This document shows, piece by piece, positions 37,913 to 46,966 of a DNA stretch of 50,038 nt. The notes beneath the pieces were generated by a model, which saw only the letters and a program-made list of their open reading frames with translations, had not been told where the DNA came from and searched no databases. The translations under genes were made by a program, and so were the position numbers. Numbering within the stretch: the stretch's first letter is position 1; every line of letters starts with the position of its first letter. The DNA comes from Bdellovibrionales bacterium (lineage in GTDB: Bacteria > Bdellovibrionota > Bdellovibrionia > Bdellovibrionales > UBA1609): positions 1 through 50,038 of the forward strand of contig JBFWVI010000021.1 of the NCBI GenBank assembly GCA_050246815.1, in the 5' to 3' direction.

Positions 37913-40636
37913 CTAGGCTCCCAAGAAGGTGTCGGCACGCTTTCGCGCTTCCGCCAAGCCGCCGCGGTCCGGTGCCGCGCCCTGGGCAAAGTCGGGGCGA
38001 CCGCCACCTTTGCCGCCCATGGCTGCGGCAACTTCACCTAAAAGTTTCCCGGCGTTTACGTCAGGCAGCAAATTTTTAGAGACCGACACGATCACGGGAT
38101 GTGAGCCTTCGCCTTGGCCGACGATCACCACAACCCCTGATTGCAGTTTGTCACGCAGCTTGTCCGAGATGTCGCTTAAGACTTTACGATCGTCCACGGC
38201 CAAATCAGCAAAGACAAGGCGCCCAGCCTTGCCGTTGGTAGAAAAGCTCTTGGCCTCACGGACCAAGCGATCGACATCAATCTGCTGACTTTTTGCGCCT
38301 TGCAGTTGGCGCTCAAGCTGTTTCTTTTCTTCTTTGGCTTGTTCGATCCATTTCACCAGTTGCATGCGGCCCTGGCGCGGCCCTTCAGACATAAACTTGG
38401 CGTAGCTTTCTTGGGTGCCGCTGACTTCGCGGGCCGCTAAGTTTTCACGAGTGCTCCAGATGGCGAATTGAACGGCGGCTTCGCCGGTGATGGCTTCGAT
38501 CCGGCGGACTCCAGAACTGACGCCGCCTTCGCTGATAACTTTGAAAAGACGAATGGCCGAGGTGTTGGCGACATGTGTGCCACCGCAAAGCTCCATCGAA
38601 AAGTCGCCCATGCGGACCACCCGCACTTCGTCGCCATACTTTTCGCCAAACATCGCGATGGCGCCGGCTTTGACGGCTTCAGGATGTTTCATCAGTTTGG
38701 TTTCGACCGGTCGGGCGGCGCCGATCTCTTGATTGACCAAGTCCTCGATGGATTGGATTTCATTCAAGGTCAGCGGTTTGTTGTGAGTAAAATCAAAGCG
38801 CAGTCGCTCGCTGTCGACCAAAGACCCGGCTTGGGTCACGTGAGTTCCAAGAATTTTTCGCAATGCGGAGTGCATCAGGTGGGTCGCCGAGTGATTGTTG
38901 GCGGTGGCCCGTCGTCGTGAGTCCGTCACCAGCAGCTGGCAGACTTCGCCAATGTTGAATTGGCCGTCTGTCACTCGCACATGGTGTACGAAGATGTCGT
39001 TTTGTTTGGTGCAGTCCAAAACTTCAGCGGTGCCCATGGGGCCGCGGATCAACCCCGCGTCGCCCACTTGGCCGCCCCCTTCTGCGTAGAATGGGGTTTG
39101 TGAGAAGAACATCATTCCGCTTTGTTCGGCTTTTAGGATTTTTTGTTCCATTTTGCCATCACTCACCAGCAGCAAGGCCACCTCATTTAGCGTGGTGGTT
39201 TCATAGCCGACGAAAGTGGTGGCGCCGTGGATTTTTTTTAGACCTTGTGTGACTTGAATCAGGTGGGCGGCATCGCCCGAAAGGCCTTTGCCCTTCCAGC
39301 TGGCGCGGGCTTTTTCGCGGGATTGTTCCATGCTGGTTTCAAAGCCACCTTCGTCAAGACGATAGCCTTTTTCAGCGGCCATCAAGCGGGTGAGATCCAA
39401 GGGGAATCCGTAAGTGTCATAAAGCTTAAAGGCGATTTCGCCGTTCAGGGTACCGCTGTTGCCGAGACGCTTTAATTCTTCATTCAAAATGCTAGTGCCT
39501 TGATCAAGAGTGCTCAAGAAGCGGCTTTCTTCGTCGCGAACGGTTGTGGTGATCAATGCTTTTTGCGCATTCAGCTCGTTGTAAACCGGCCCCATTTTGC
39601 TGATCACTTTTTCGACGACCACCGGCAGCAGGCTTTGATCCACAGAAAGCTTGCGGCCAAAGCGAATGGCGCGGCGTAGAATACGGCGCAGCACATAGCC
39701 ACGGCCATCGTTCGAGGGCAGAACTCCATCGCCAATTAAAAAAGCGGCAGCGCGTGCGTGATCGGCCAAGACTCGCAGAGCAACGTTGATCTCGTCTTGT
39801 CTTTCGCGAGCGGAATCTTTTATTTTTTTTGTATCTTTGACGTATTCGACTTTGCACAGATCGGAAGCGGCGTTCATCAAATCCAAAAATAAATCGGTGT
39901 GGTAGTTGCTGAGCTGCCCTTGCAAAATTGTGGTTAAACGTTCGAGCCCCATGCCTGTGTCGACGGAAGGTTTGGGCAGCGAAAAGCGACCGCCCTTGCC
40001 ATCCTCGTGGTACTGCATGAACACCAGGTTCCAAAACTCCATAAAACGATCACCCGCGCCGCCCATGACATTTTCTTTGGGGTCGCCGGGGATTTCGGGG
40101 CCGAGGTCATAGAAAATTTCCGAACAGGGGCCGCAAGGACCGCTGTCCCCCATGCGCCAGAAGTTGTCTTTTTCGCCGAAGCGGTAAATGCGGTCCTTGG
40201 GCACGCCCTCTTGCTTGTGCCAAATGTCGGCAGCCTCATCGTCATCTTGAAAAACCGTGACGTAAAGTTTGTCTTTGGGCAGGCCGACTGTTTTGGTCAC
40301 ATACTCCCATGCAAAGTGGATTGCTTCTTTTTTAAAATAGTCGCCAAACGAAAAGTTGCCCAGCATTTCAAAAAACGTGTGGTGGCGGGCGGTGTGGCCC
40401 ACGTTTTCGAGGTCATTGTGTTTGCCCCCGGCACGCACGCACTTTTGCGAACTGGCGGCACGGGTGTAACTGCGCTTTTCATGGCCCAAAAATAAATTTT
40501 TAAACTGGTTCATGCCGGCGTTGGTGAACAGCAGGGTCGGATCATTGTCCGGTGTCAGGCGCGAGCTGGCCACGCGTTCATGTTGGTGTTGGCCGAAGTA
40601 CTTAAGGAAACTCTCGCGGATCTCATGGCTTTTCAT
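37913..40636 (-). CDS. alaS: Alanine--tRNA ligase
   Basis: DPTLLFTNAGMNQFK, RHHTFFEMLGNFSFGDYFK, NHSATHL, ELCGGTH, GGKGGG. Confidence 0.98.
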   Translation of the reverse strand: MKSHEIRESFLKYFGQHQHERVASSRLTPDNDPTLLFTNAGMNQFKNLFLGHEKRSYTRAASSQKCVRAGGKHNDLENVGHTARHHTFFEMLGNFSFGDYFKKEAIHFAWEYVTKTVGLPKDKLYVTVFQDDDEAADIWHKQEGVPKDRIYRFGEKDNFWRMGDSGPCGPCSEIFYDLGPEIPGDPKENVMGGAGDRFMEFWNLVFMQYHEDGKGGRFSLPKPSVDTGMGLERLTTILQGQLSNYHTDLFLDLMNAASDLCKVEYVKDTKKIKDSARERQDEINVALRVLADHARAAAFLIGDGVLPSNDGRGYVLRRILRRAIRFGRKLSVDQSLLPVVVEKVISKMGPVYNELNAQKALITTTVRDEESRFLSTLDQGTSILNEELKRLGNSGTLNGEIAFKLYDTYGFPLDLTRLMAAEKGYRLDEGGFETSMEQSREKARASWKGKGLSGDAAHLIQVTQGLKKIHGATTFVGYETTTLNEVALLLVSDGKMEQKILKAEQSGMMFFSQTPFYAEGGGQVGDAGLIRGPMGTAEVLDCTKQNDIFVHHVRVTDGQFNIGEVCQLLVTDSRRRATANNHSATHLMHSALRKILGTHVTQAGSLVDSERLRFDFTHNKPLTLNEIQSIEDLVNQEIGAARPVETKLMKHPEAVKAGAIAMFGEKYGDEVRVVRMGDFSMELCGGTHVANTSAIRLFKVISEGGVSSGVRRIEAITGEAAVQFAIWSTRENLAAREVSGTQESYAKFMSEGPRQGRMQLVKWIEQAKEEKKQLERQLQGAKSQQIDVDRLVREAKSFSTNGKAGRLVFADLAVDDRKVLSDISDKLRDKLQSGVVVIVGQGEGSHPVIVSVSKNLLPDVNAGKLLGEVAAAMGGKGGGRPDFAQGAAPDRGGLAEARKRADTFLGA

Positions 40637-41054
40637 AAATCACTCGTTTGATGGTCTGCCCGTCAAATCCGCGGTAGCGCAGAAAACGGACAACCTTGGG
40701 TTGTTCTTCGCGATCAAAATTAGCACTCTTTCCGAACTTTGTCTCGAGCAGCGAACGGCATTTGGCCAATTCATCTTCTTTGTCCAGGACGACCAAGGGC
40801 AGCTTGTGGCGGCGCAAATAGCCATTGATGTACTGCTGGCTGCGGCGTTTGCGGGCCAGGCTTTTTGCCCACTGCTGCGCCAGTTGTTGGTCGTCCAGTA
40901 GCAAGCGCCGCTCTTTGGCTTCGGCGATGGCCCATTCAATGGCTTCTGCGGAGTGGCGGCGCCGCATTTTTTGGCGCAACTCATGAACCGAATGATCACG
41001 TCGCGCCAGATACCAAGTGATTGAATTCAGGGCTCTGAGGTTGTCTTGGTCCAT
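40623..41054 (-). CDS. recX: Regulatory protein RecX
   Basis: YLARRDHSVHELRQKM, LLDDQQLA, RFLRYRGF; directly upstream of alaS. Confidence 0.85.
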   Translation of the reverse strand: MDQDNLRALNSITWYLARRDHSVHELRQKMRRRHSAEAIEWAIAEAKERRLLLDDQQLAQQWAKSLARKRRSQQYINGYLRRHKLPLVVLDKEDELAKCRSLLETKFGKSANFDREEQPKVVRFLRYRGFDGQTIKRVIYEKP

Positions 41055-41119
41055 CCCTTTTGAATAGTCGATTTTGGGCCTGGCGAGAAGGGCATTTTTC
41101 AAGGGGGGTCGAAGAGTCG

Positions 41120-42328
41120 TTAATCCTGCCCTTGGGCCTTTTTCGGACGTACGTCGGTGGGATAATCCACCTCGATTTCATCCATTTCTTTCATGGCCTT
41201 GTTGATGCGCTGGCGGTGTTCGCTGGAATCGCTCCACTCGCGCCCGTCCTGGCTGACGCCGCTATAGCGGATGCGGAAGTCTTCGGGTGAGGTCGACAGC
41301 GAGAGGGCCTCTTCAAACAGCACCTTGCCGCTCATCACCAATTCCATCAAACTTTGATCGAAGGTCTGCATGCCCCAACCGATGCCACCCTCTTCAATGA
41401 CGTTGTGCAAGGTTGCGCCGGTTTCGTTGCGTTCGATGATTTCGCGCACACGGGGGTTGTTGATCATGATTTCGACCGCCGGGATAAAACCTTGATTGTC
41501 GAAACGACGGGCCAAGCGTTGGCTCACAACGGCCTTCAAAACCGAAGCCAGTTGCATGCGCACTTGATTTTGCTGGTGCATTTCAAAGGCACTGACCACG
41601 CGGTTCACGGTTTCAACTGCGTCCAAGGTGTGCAAAGTGCTGAACACCAAGTGGCCGGTTTCTGCGGCCGTCAGGGCGATTTCGATGGTTTCGCGATCGC
41701 GCATCTCACCGATCAAAATCACATCTGGGTCTTGGCGAAGTGCGGCCCTTAAAGCGCGTGCGTACGACGTCGAATCCACGCCAATTTCGCGCTGGGTGAT
41801 GATGCTTTTACGATCACGGATTAAAAATTCAATGGGATCTTCGATCGTCAAAATGTGGTTGTTTTTAGTGCGATTGATTTCGTCGACTAAGGCGGCCAAA
41901 GTCGAAGATTTGCCTGAACCTGTGGCTCCGGTGACCAGCACAAGTCCTCGTTCGTACTCGGTGATTTTTTTTAACGAAGCCGGCAGGCCCAAATCTTCTA
42001 AGGTCGGCACGGTATGGGGAATGTTGCGCACAACCATGCGTATGGTGCCGCGCTGTTGAAACACATTGGCGCGAAAGCGGCCCAAACCCGAAATGCCGTA
42101 GCTTAAATCCACTTCATGAAATTCTGCGAATAAGGCTTTTTGTCGATCGTCCATCAAAGAGGCGGCCATGGCTTCGATCTCTTCACCGCTCAAGGCGGGC
42201 ATATTGGCGGCCAAGGGGCGAAGGCTGCCGTGACGGCGGATCACCGGGATGATTCCCGCTTTCAAATGCAGGTCACTTGCGCCTTTTTGCATCGCCAACT
42301 TCAGCAGCTCTTCAATCGTCATCGCCAT
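41120..42328 (-). CDS. pilT: Type IV pilus retraction ATPase, PilT/PilU family
   Basis: ASDLHL, GATGSGKS, TIEDPIE, ALRQDPDVILIGEMRD, GHLVFSTLH, GMQTFDQ; lacks the canonical AIRNLIRE (has RVREIIER). Confidence 0.88.
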   Translation of the reverse strand: MAMTIEELLKLAMQKGASDLHLKAGIIPVIRRHGSLRPLAANMPALSGEEIEAMAASLMDDRQKALFAEFHEVDLSYGISGLGRFRANVFQQRGTIRMVVRNIPHTVPTLEDLGLPASLKKITEYERGLVLVTGATGSGKSSTLAALVDEINRTKNNHILTIEDPIEFLIRDRKSIITQREIGVDSTSYARALRAALRQDPDVILIGEMRDRETIEIALTAAETGHLVFSTLHTLDAVETVNRVVSAFEMHQQNQVRMQLASVLKAVVSQRLARRFDNQGFIPAVEIMINNPRVREIIERNETGATLHNVIEEGGIGWGMQTFDQSLMELVMSGKVLFEEALSLSTSPEDFRIRYSGVSQDGREWSDSSEHRQRINKAMKEMDEIEVDYPTDVRPKKAQGQD

Positions 42329-42443
42329 AGCGAACTTGTCGGCATTTCTGGGCTTAAGAAAAAATCATTGAGGTCCGGAAGCGGCGCGGCTGCGGGCTCT
42401 ATAAACTTTGACTCAAGACCAAAGTCGGGGCCAATTCAACAAG

Positions 42444-42920
42444 ATGACCACTTTCATCACATACTTTGCCACATGGTTTGGTTTGGGGCGGCTCAAGCCC
42501 GCGCCCGGCACATGGGGTACGCTGGGGGCGGCGCCGCTTGTTTTGGTTTTTGTTGCACTTGGCCCTTACGCCTATTTGGCCATGACGGTGGGTTTTGCCG
42601 CCGTGGCAATGCTGGTGGCCCATCTTTACGAACAAACCCACGAGGGCCATGACCGCAGCGAAGTGGTCATCGACGAAGTCGCCGGATTTTTAGTGACTAT
42701 GGCGTGGCTGCCCATGACTTGGCAGAGCTGGCTTTTGGGCTTCGCGCTGTTTCGCGTGTTGGACGCCTTAAAGCCACCGCCCATCAGTTGGGTTGATCGG
42801 CGCATTCCTGGTGGCGTTGGGGTGGTCGCCGACGACTTGGTGGCCGGTGTTTTGGCCAATTTCATTTTGCAGATGATCTATGCGAATACGGCGTGGCTGG
42901 GAGCCCAATTGCTGCAGTAA
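42444..42920 (+). CDS. pgpA: Phosphatidylglycerophosphatase A
   Basis: PAPGTWGTL, VVIDEVAG, FRVLDALKP, GVVADDLVAG. Confidence 0.93.
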   Translation: MTTFITYFATWFGLGRLKPAPGTWGTLGAAPLVLVFVALGPYAYLAMTVGFAAVAMLVAHLYEQTHEGHDRSEVVIDEVAGFLVTMAWLPMTWQSWLLGFALFRVLDALKPPPISWVDRRIPGGVGVVADDLVAGVLANFILQMIYANTAWLGAQLLQ

Positions 42921-42995
42921 AGACGGTTTTGCTGCGGGGGGCTGAGCGCTGGGTTAGTTTTGAGTTGCGGCTGGCCTTAAGCTATTTTTTTAAAA

Positions 42996-43484
42996 ATGCA
43001 GAATCCTCTTCAAGAAAAAATCCTCGAACTTCAAAGTATTTGCCTCGAACGGGGTTGGCATATTGGTTTGGCCGAAAGCTGCACCGGAGGCCTGTTGTCG
43101 GCTTGGCTGGCTCAAGTTCCCGGGATTTCCAGCATCTACCAAGGGTCCGTGGTCAGCTATTCCCGCCAAGTTAAAATCGATATTTTGGGAGTCAAACCCT
43201 CGACCATTAAGGCTTTGGGAGAAGTCAGCCAACCCGTGGCACTCGCCATGGCGCAAGGAGCTAGAAAAGCTTTGCATTGCGACTGGTCGGTGGCCATCAC
43301 CGGCATCGCTGGTCCGAGTGGCGGATCTCTGGAGAAACCGGTGGGCATGGTGTGCTTTGGCGTGGCTGGTCCAGGCTTTGAAAAGAGCCTCACGCACCTG
43401 TTTCCGCCCGGATTGGAACGCCACGAAATTCAGCGTCAAGCCGCGCTTTTTGCTTTCGATTTGCTGTTAAGTGGGTTGAGATAG
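42996..43484 (+). CDS. pncC: CinA C-terminal domain / nicotinamide-nucleotide amidohydrolase PncC
   Basis: AESCTGG, PGISS, ITGIAGPSGG, KPVG. Confidence 0.88.
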   Translation: MQNPLQEKILELQSICLERGWHIGLAESCTGGLLSAWLAQVPGISSIYQGSVVSYSRQVKIDILGVKPSTIKALGEVSQPVALAMAQGARKALHCDWSVAITGIAGPSGGSLEKPVGMVCFGVAGPGFEKSLTHLFPPGLERHEIQRQAALFAFDLLLSGLR

Positions 43485-43522
43485 CCGTGGATAGGGATGG
43501 GCAACCGAAATAAGGAGAATCT

Positions 43523-44653
43523 ATGAGCATCACAAATACGCCTGCGCCGAACACGGAGAAAGCGAAGGCCCTCGAACTGGCGATCACGTCGATCGAGAAG
43601 CAATTCGGTAAAGGATCCATCATGAAATTGGGTGGAGAAAAAAGTCTCCACGAAAATGTGCCGGTGATTTCAACGGGGGCGTTGAGTTTAGACATCGGTC
43701 TAGGGATTGGTGGTCTGCCAAGAGGTCGGATCATCGAGATTTACGGGCCAGAAAGTTCTGGTAAAACCACTTTGGCTTTGTCGACTGTGGCGCAAGCCCA
43801 AAAAGCGGGCGGCACCGCCGCTTACGTCGATGCCGAACACGCACTGGATGTGAGCTACGCACGTAAGCTAGGTGTGAAAGTGGATGACATGTTGATTTCG
43901 CAACCCGACACCGGTGAGCAAGCACTGGAAATCGTTGAAACTTTGGTGCGCTCGGGCGCTGTCGACATTTTGGTGGTGGATTCGGTGGCGGCTTTGACTC
44001 CGCGTGCGGAGATCGAAGGCGAAATGGGCGATAGCCACATGGGTTTGCAGGCTCGTTTGATGTCGCAAGCTTTGCGCAAACTTGCTGCGGCGATCAATCG
44101 CTCGCACACCTTGGTGATCTTTATCAATCAAATCCGTATGAAAATCGGCGTGATGTTTGGCAACCCCGAAACCACCACTGGTGGCAACGCATTGAAGTTC
44201 TACGCTTCGGTTCGTTTGGATGTTCGTCGTATTGGAGCGATTCAAAACGGTGAAGAGATGGTGGGCAACCGCACTGCGGTCAAAGTGGTGAAGAACAAAA
44301 TGGCGCCGCCGTTTGCGAAAGTCGAATTCGACTTGATGTACGGTGAAGGTATTTCCGCCGAAGGCGATGTGCTGGATCTGGCTGTGAAAAAAGAAATGGT
44401 CGACAAATCCGGCGCTTGGTACAGCTACAAAGGCGAGCGCATGGGCCAAGGCCGCGATCAGGCCAAAACTTACTTGAAAGAAAATCCGGCCGTGATGGTT
44501 GAATTGCGCGCTAAGATTTTAGAAGCCTACGGCATTGGTAAAAAGCCAGGGGCAGCCGCGGGAGCGCCGCAGCCCATGACTCCTGCCGCAAAGCCGATGG
44601 AAGCCCCCGCAAAGCCAGCAATGAAAGCAGAACCGGCAAAAAAGAAACAGTAG
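43523..44653 (+). CDS. recA: Recombinase RecA
   Basis: [53 protein letters not shown]. Confidence 0.99.
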   Translation: MSITNTPAPNTEKAKALELAITSIEKQFGKGSIMKLGGEKSLHENVPVISTGALSLDIGLGIGGLPRGRIIEIYGPESSGKTTLALSTVAQAQKAGGTAAYVDAEHALDVSYARKLGVKVDDMLISQPDTGEQALEIVETLVRSGAVDILVVDSVAALTPRAEIEGEMGDSHMGLQARLMSQALRKLAAAINRSHTLVIFINQIRMKIGVMFGNPETTTGGNALKFYASVRLDVRRIGAIQNGEEMVGNRTAVKVVKNKMAPPFAKVEFDLMYGEGISAEGDVLDLAVKKEMVDKSGAWYSYKGERMGQGRDQAKTYLKENPAVMVELRAKILEAYGIGKKPGAAAGAPQPMTPAAKPMEAPAKPAMKAEPAKKKQ

Positions 44654-44692
44654 CGGCTTCTTTTTGCAGGAGCACAGCATAAATTGGTTTCA

Positions 44693-44725
44693 AGAAAGGC
44701 TCCTTGCGGAGCCTTTCTCTTTATT
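44693..44725 (+). terminator. Intrinsic terminator after recA (possibly bidirectional)
   Basis: AGAAAGGCTCC-TTGC-GGAGCCTTTCT followed by CTTTATT, between convergent genes. Confidence 0.8.
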
Positions 44726-44768
44726 GACACGTCCGTTTGGATTTTTCATGTTCAAAAAATCAGGGGCT

Positions 44769-45416
44769 CTAACCTAAGTTTTTTATTTCAACTAAATGCG
44801 TTCCGCGAACATCGTCGACGATATTCAAAGCAACTTGTGTGCCTAATATGTGTTGCGCTTCTTGTAAAATATTTTGCCGGTGTGCCAGCTGATCGCGCAT
44901 AAGCAAGTAAGCCGTGGCTCGGGGCTTCAAAAGAGATGTGGTTTGAGTTAAAAGCGTTTCAAAATCAGAGTCGATAAAAAAACGACAGCGATTTTTAAAC
45001 TCGGATGGAGAAAGCTTTCCCTGGTCTGTGCGAAAGTAAGGGGGGTTGCACAGAATAAGATCATAGCGTTGCTTTTGCGGATCCAGATGGGCGTAGTTCG
45101 AAATGATCAACTTGATTTGAGTGGTGGTGGGGCCGAAGGTTTGAACGTTTTGGGTGAAATAGGATTCGTAGATTTTTTGCACCTCCACGAAGTCGCAGAT
45201 CTTGGGGGCCAAATTGAGTTCTTTGCGGCAATGGTATAGAAAATCCAAACCGATGATGCCGCAGCCGGCGCAAAGGTCTAAAACTTCAGACGTGGGTGAA
45301 AGCTTGGCGGCGTGATACTCAAAGACTTTGCGGGCGAAAAACACCGAGTCGTGTGAGAAGTGGTATTCTTCGGGCTGGACGTACTCCAGTGTGTAATGGG
45401 GATTGATCGACGACAA
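44769..45416 (-). CDS. SAM-dependent N6-adenine-type methyltransferase (tRNA1(Val) m6A37 methylase-like)
   Basis: YVQPEEYHFSHDSV, VLDLCAGCGIIG, CNPPYF; TTG start. Confidence 0.75.
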   Translation of the reverse strand: MSSINPHYTLEYVQPEEYHFSHDSVFFARKVFEYHAAKLSPTSEVLDLCAGCGIIGLDFLYHCRKELNLAPKICDFVEVQKIYESYFTQNVQTFGPTTTQIKLIISNYAHLDPQKQRYDLILCNPPYFRTDQGKLSPSEFKNRCRFFIDSDFETLLTQTTSLLKPRATAYLLMRDQLAHRQNILQEAQHILGTQVALNIVDDVRGTHLVEIKNLG

Positions 45417-45450
45417 AAATATGTGCCCTACCGCTTTGTGGTTTAAATGA

Positions 45451-46641
45451 TCAAATCATTTGATGCAGCAATTGGATGGTTTGTTCGCGCTTATCTGGAG
45501 TCACCAGCACGGTGATGCTCAAGGGGCTTTGTAGTGTTTTTTCGACAGAGATTCCAGCGGCGTGTAACTTCTGCAGCAGTTTTAGATTTAAGTCTGTGGC
45601 CACGGATCCATGGCAAGTTAGAGTGATCGAAGACAACGGCGGACGATGGACCTTCACGCTGCCGCTGGCTTCAATGGCACGCTTTAAAGCGGCCAGGTGT
45701 TCGCCATCTGAGGTGTACATCGCACGAAATTTTCCGCTGTCAAAAGCGCTGGCCAAAATTTGCGGTAGCGGCAGTTGTCCGGCGCGCAAGACCGCGACGA
45801 AACGTTCAAGGCCGTCGCTGGAGGAGCCAACGCCGGGAACTTCAAAGTGATGCACCTCATGATGAGAGTTCACGGCCAGAATTTTTTGATTTTCAAACAT
45901 GGGAACCTCACTGCGGACTTCGGTGCCGCGCTTGTGATCATCTGAAAAACGAAGACTCAAGTTCACTTTCATCTGATGGGCCAATTCGACGGAACGATAG
46001 TGCAATATTTTAGCGCCCCAAAAACACATATCTAAAAGACTGTCGTGGGTGATGGTGGGGTAAACTTTGGCGCTCGGGACAATACGCGGATCGGCAGAGC
46101 AAAGGCCGTCGACCTCTTTGATGATTTCGCAAGCTTCGGCCTTGCATGCGGCGGCCATAGCCACAGCGGTGGTGTCGGATCCGCCGCGCCCAAGTGTGGT
46201 GATCTCTTTGGTGGTGGGGTCGACCCCTTGAAAGCCGGCCAGCACGATAACTTTGCCGCGTGCGAGCTCTTCGCTGAGCCGCGTCGGCCGCACGTCGATA
46301 ATTTTGGCGTTGGAATGGGAGCTATCGGTCATCACTCCGGCTTGGCTGCCGGTCAGGCTGATGGCCTCGACGCCCAAATCGCGAAGGGCCATGCTCATAA
46401 GCGACATGCTGATCCGTTCGCCCGTGGTCAAAAGCATGTCCAGTTCGCGGCGGCTGGGCTCGGGGCTTGCCTGGTAGGCCAATTTAACCAGTTCGTCGGT
46501 GGTTTTGCCCATGGCGCTGACGATGACCATCATCGAATGGCCGCGCTTATGGCGCTCGGCGACCTTGGCCGCAACAGCCTTGATCTTTTCAGGCGTGGCC
46601 AGGCACATGCCACCGTATTTCTGCACAATCAATGAACCCAT
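45451..46641 (-). CDS. lysC: Aspartate kinase
   Basis: [42 protein letters not shown]; probable ATG at 46641; ACT-type C-terminus. Confidence 0.93.
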   Translation of the reverse strand: MGSLIVQKYGGMCLATPEKIKAVAAKVAERHKRGHSMMVIVSAMGKTTDELVKLAYQASPEPSRRELDMLLTTGERISMSLMSMALRDLGVEAISLTGSQAGVMTDSSHSNAKIIDVRPTRLSEELARGKVIVLAGFQGVDPTTKEITTLGRGGSDTTAVAMAAACKAEACEIIKEVDGLCSADPRIVPSAKVYPTITHDSLLDMCFWGAKILHYRSVELAHQMKVNLSLRFSDDHKRGTEVRSEVPMFENQKILAVNSHHEVHHFEVPGVGSSSDGLERFVAVLRAGQLPLPQILASAFDSGKFRAMYTSDGEHLAALKRAIEASGSVKVHRPPLSSITLTCHGSVATDLNLKLLQKLHAAGISVEKTLQSPLSITVLVTPDKREQTIQLLHQMI

Positions 46642-46687
46642 GCTGTGGTGATAAAGGAGTTTAGTGGCGAAGTCAAAATGACGCACT

Positions 46688-46713
46688 TCTTAACCAAAAG
46701 GTGCCAGGCACCT
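46688..46713. repeat. Copy 2 of the 26-bp palindromic dispersed repeat
   Basis: Identical to 490-515. Confidence 0.85.
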
Positions 46714-46726
46714 GACCCAAATTCCC

Positions 46727-46757
46727 AAAAAAAAGGCCGTCACCAGGGTGACGGCCT
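46727..46757 (-). terminator. Intrinsic terminator (minus strand)
   Basis: AGGCCGTCAC-CCTG-GTGACGGCCT followed by a T run. Confidence 0.88.
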
Positions 46758-46860
46758 AAAGTGCAAATCTTATAGCAAAATTGCTTTTGGTTTAAGATTC
46801 GACACGGTCTTTGTTGATTTTTGGGACCGCTTTCGCAGACCCTAATTTCAACGCGGACGT
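46727..46860 (-). ncRNA. Candidate sigma54-dependent small RNA (~134 nt, three stem-loops)
   Basis: -24/-12 promoter upstream; hairpin with GAAA loop (46823-46842); A-rich linker; long hairpin with GCAA loop (46761-46805); terminator; no ATG-initiated ORF inside. Confidence 0.55.
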
Positions 46861-46870
46861 ATTGGGATAT

Positions 46871-46886
46871 TGCAAGGGTGTTGCCA
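46871..46886 (-). promoter_or_regulatory. Candidate sigma54 promoter of the small RNA
   Basis: Minus strand TGGCAACACCCTTGCA: GG-N10-GC with TGGCA and TTGCA. Confidence 0.65.
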
Positions 46887-46966
46887 ATGCTCAAAGCCAC
46901 GTGAATTGGATTTCATAGAAAACACAGGGAAAAAGTCCACGTTGTGAGGGAATTCTGACTCACGTT

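Noticed and set aside
46761..46860. c-di-GMP-I riboswitch
   Set aside because: A GNRA hairpin is present, but the GGCAAAC...GACGCAAAG core is absent
46673..46900. 75-aa minus-strand ORF as a real protein
   Set aside because: GTG start without SD, and it runs through a promoter, a strong terminator and the palindromic repeat
46642..46966. Lysine riboswitch upstream of lysC
   Set aside because: No recognisable lysine-aptamer core. lysC has its own promoter-like signal downstream of the terminator, so the structured region fits an independent RNA better.
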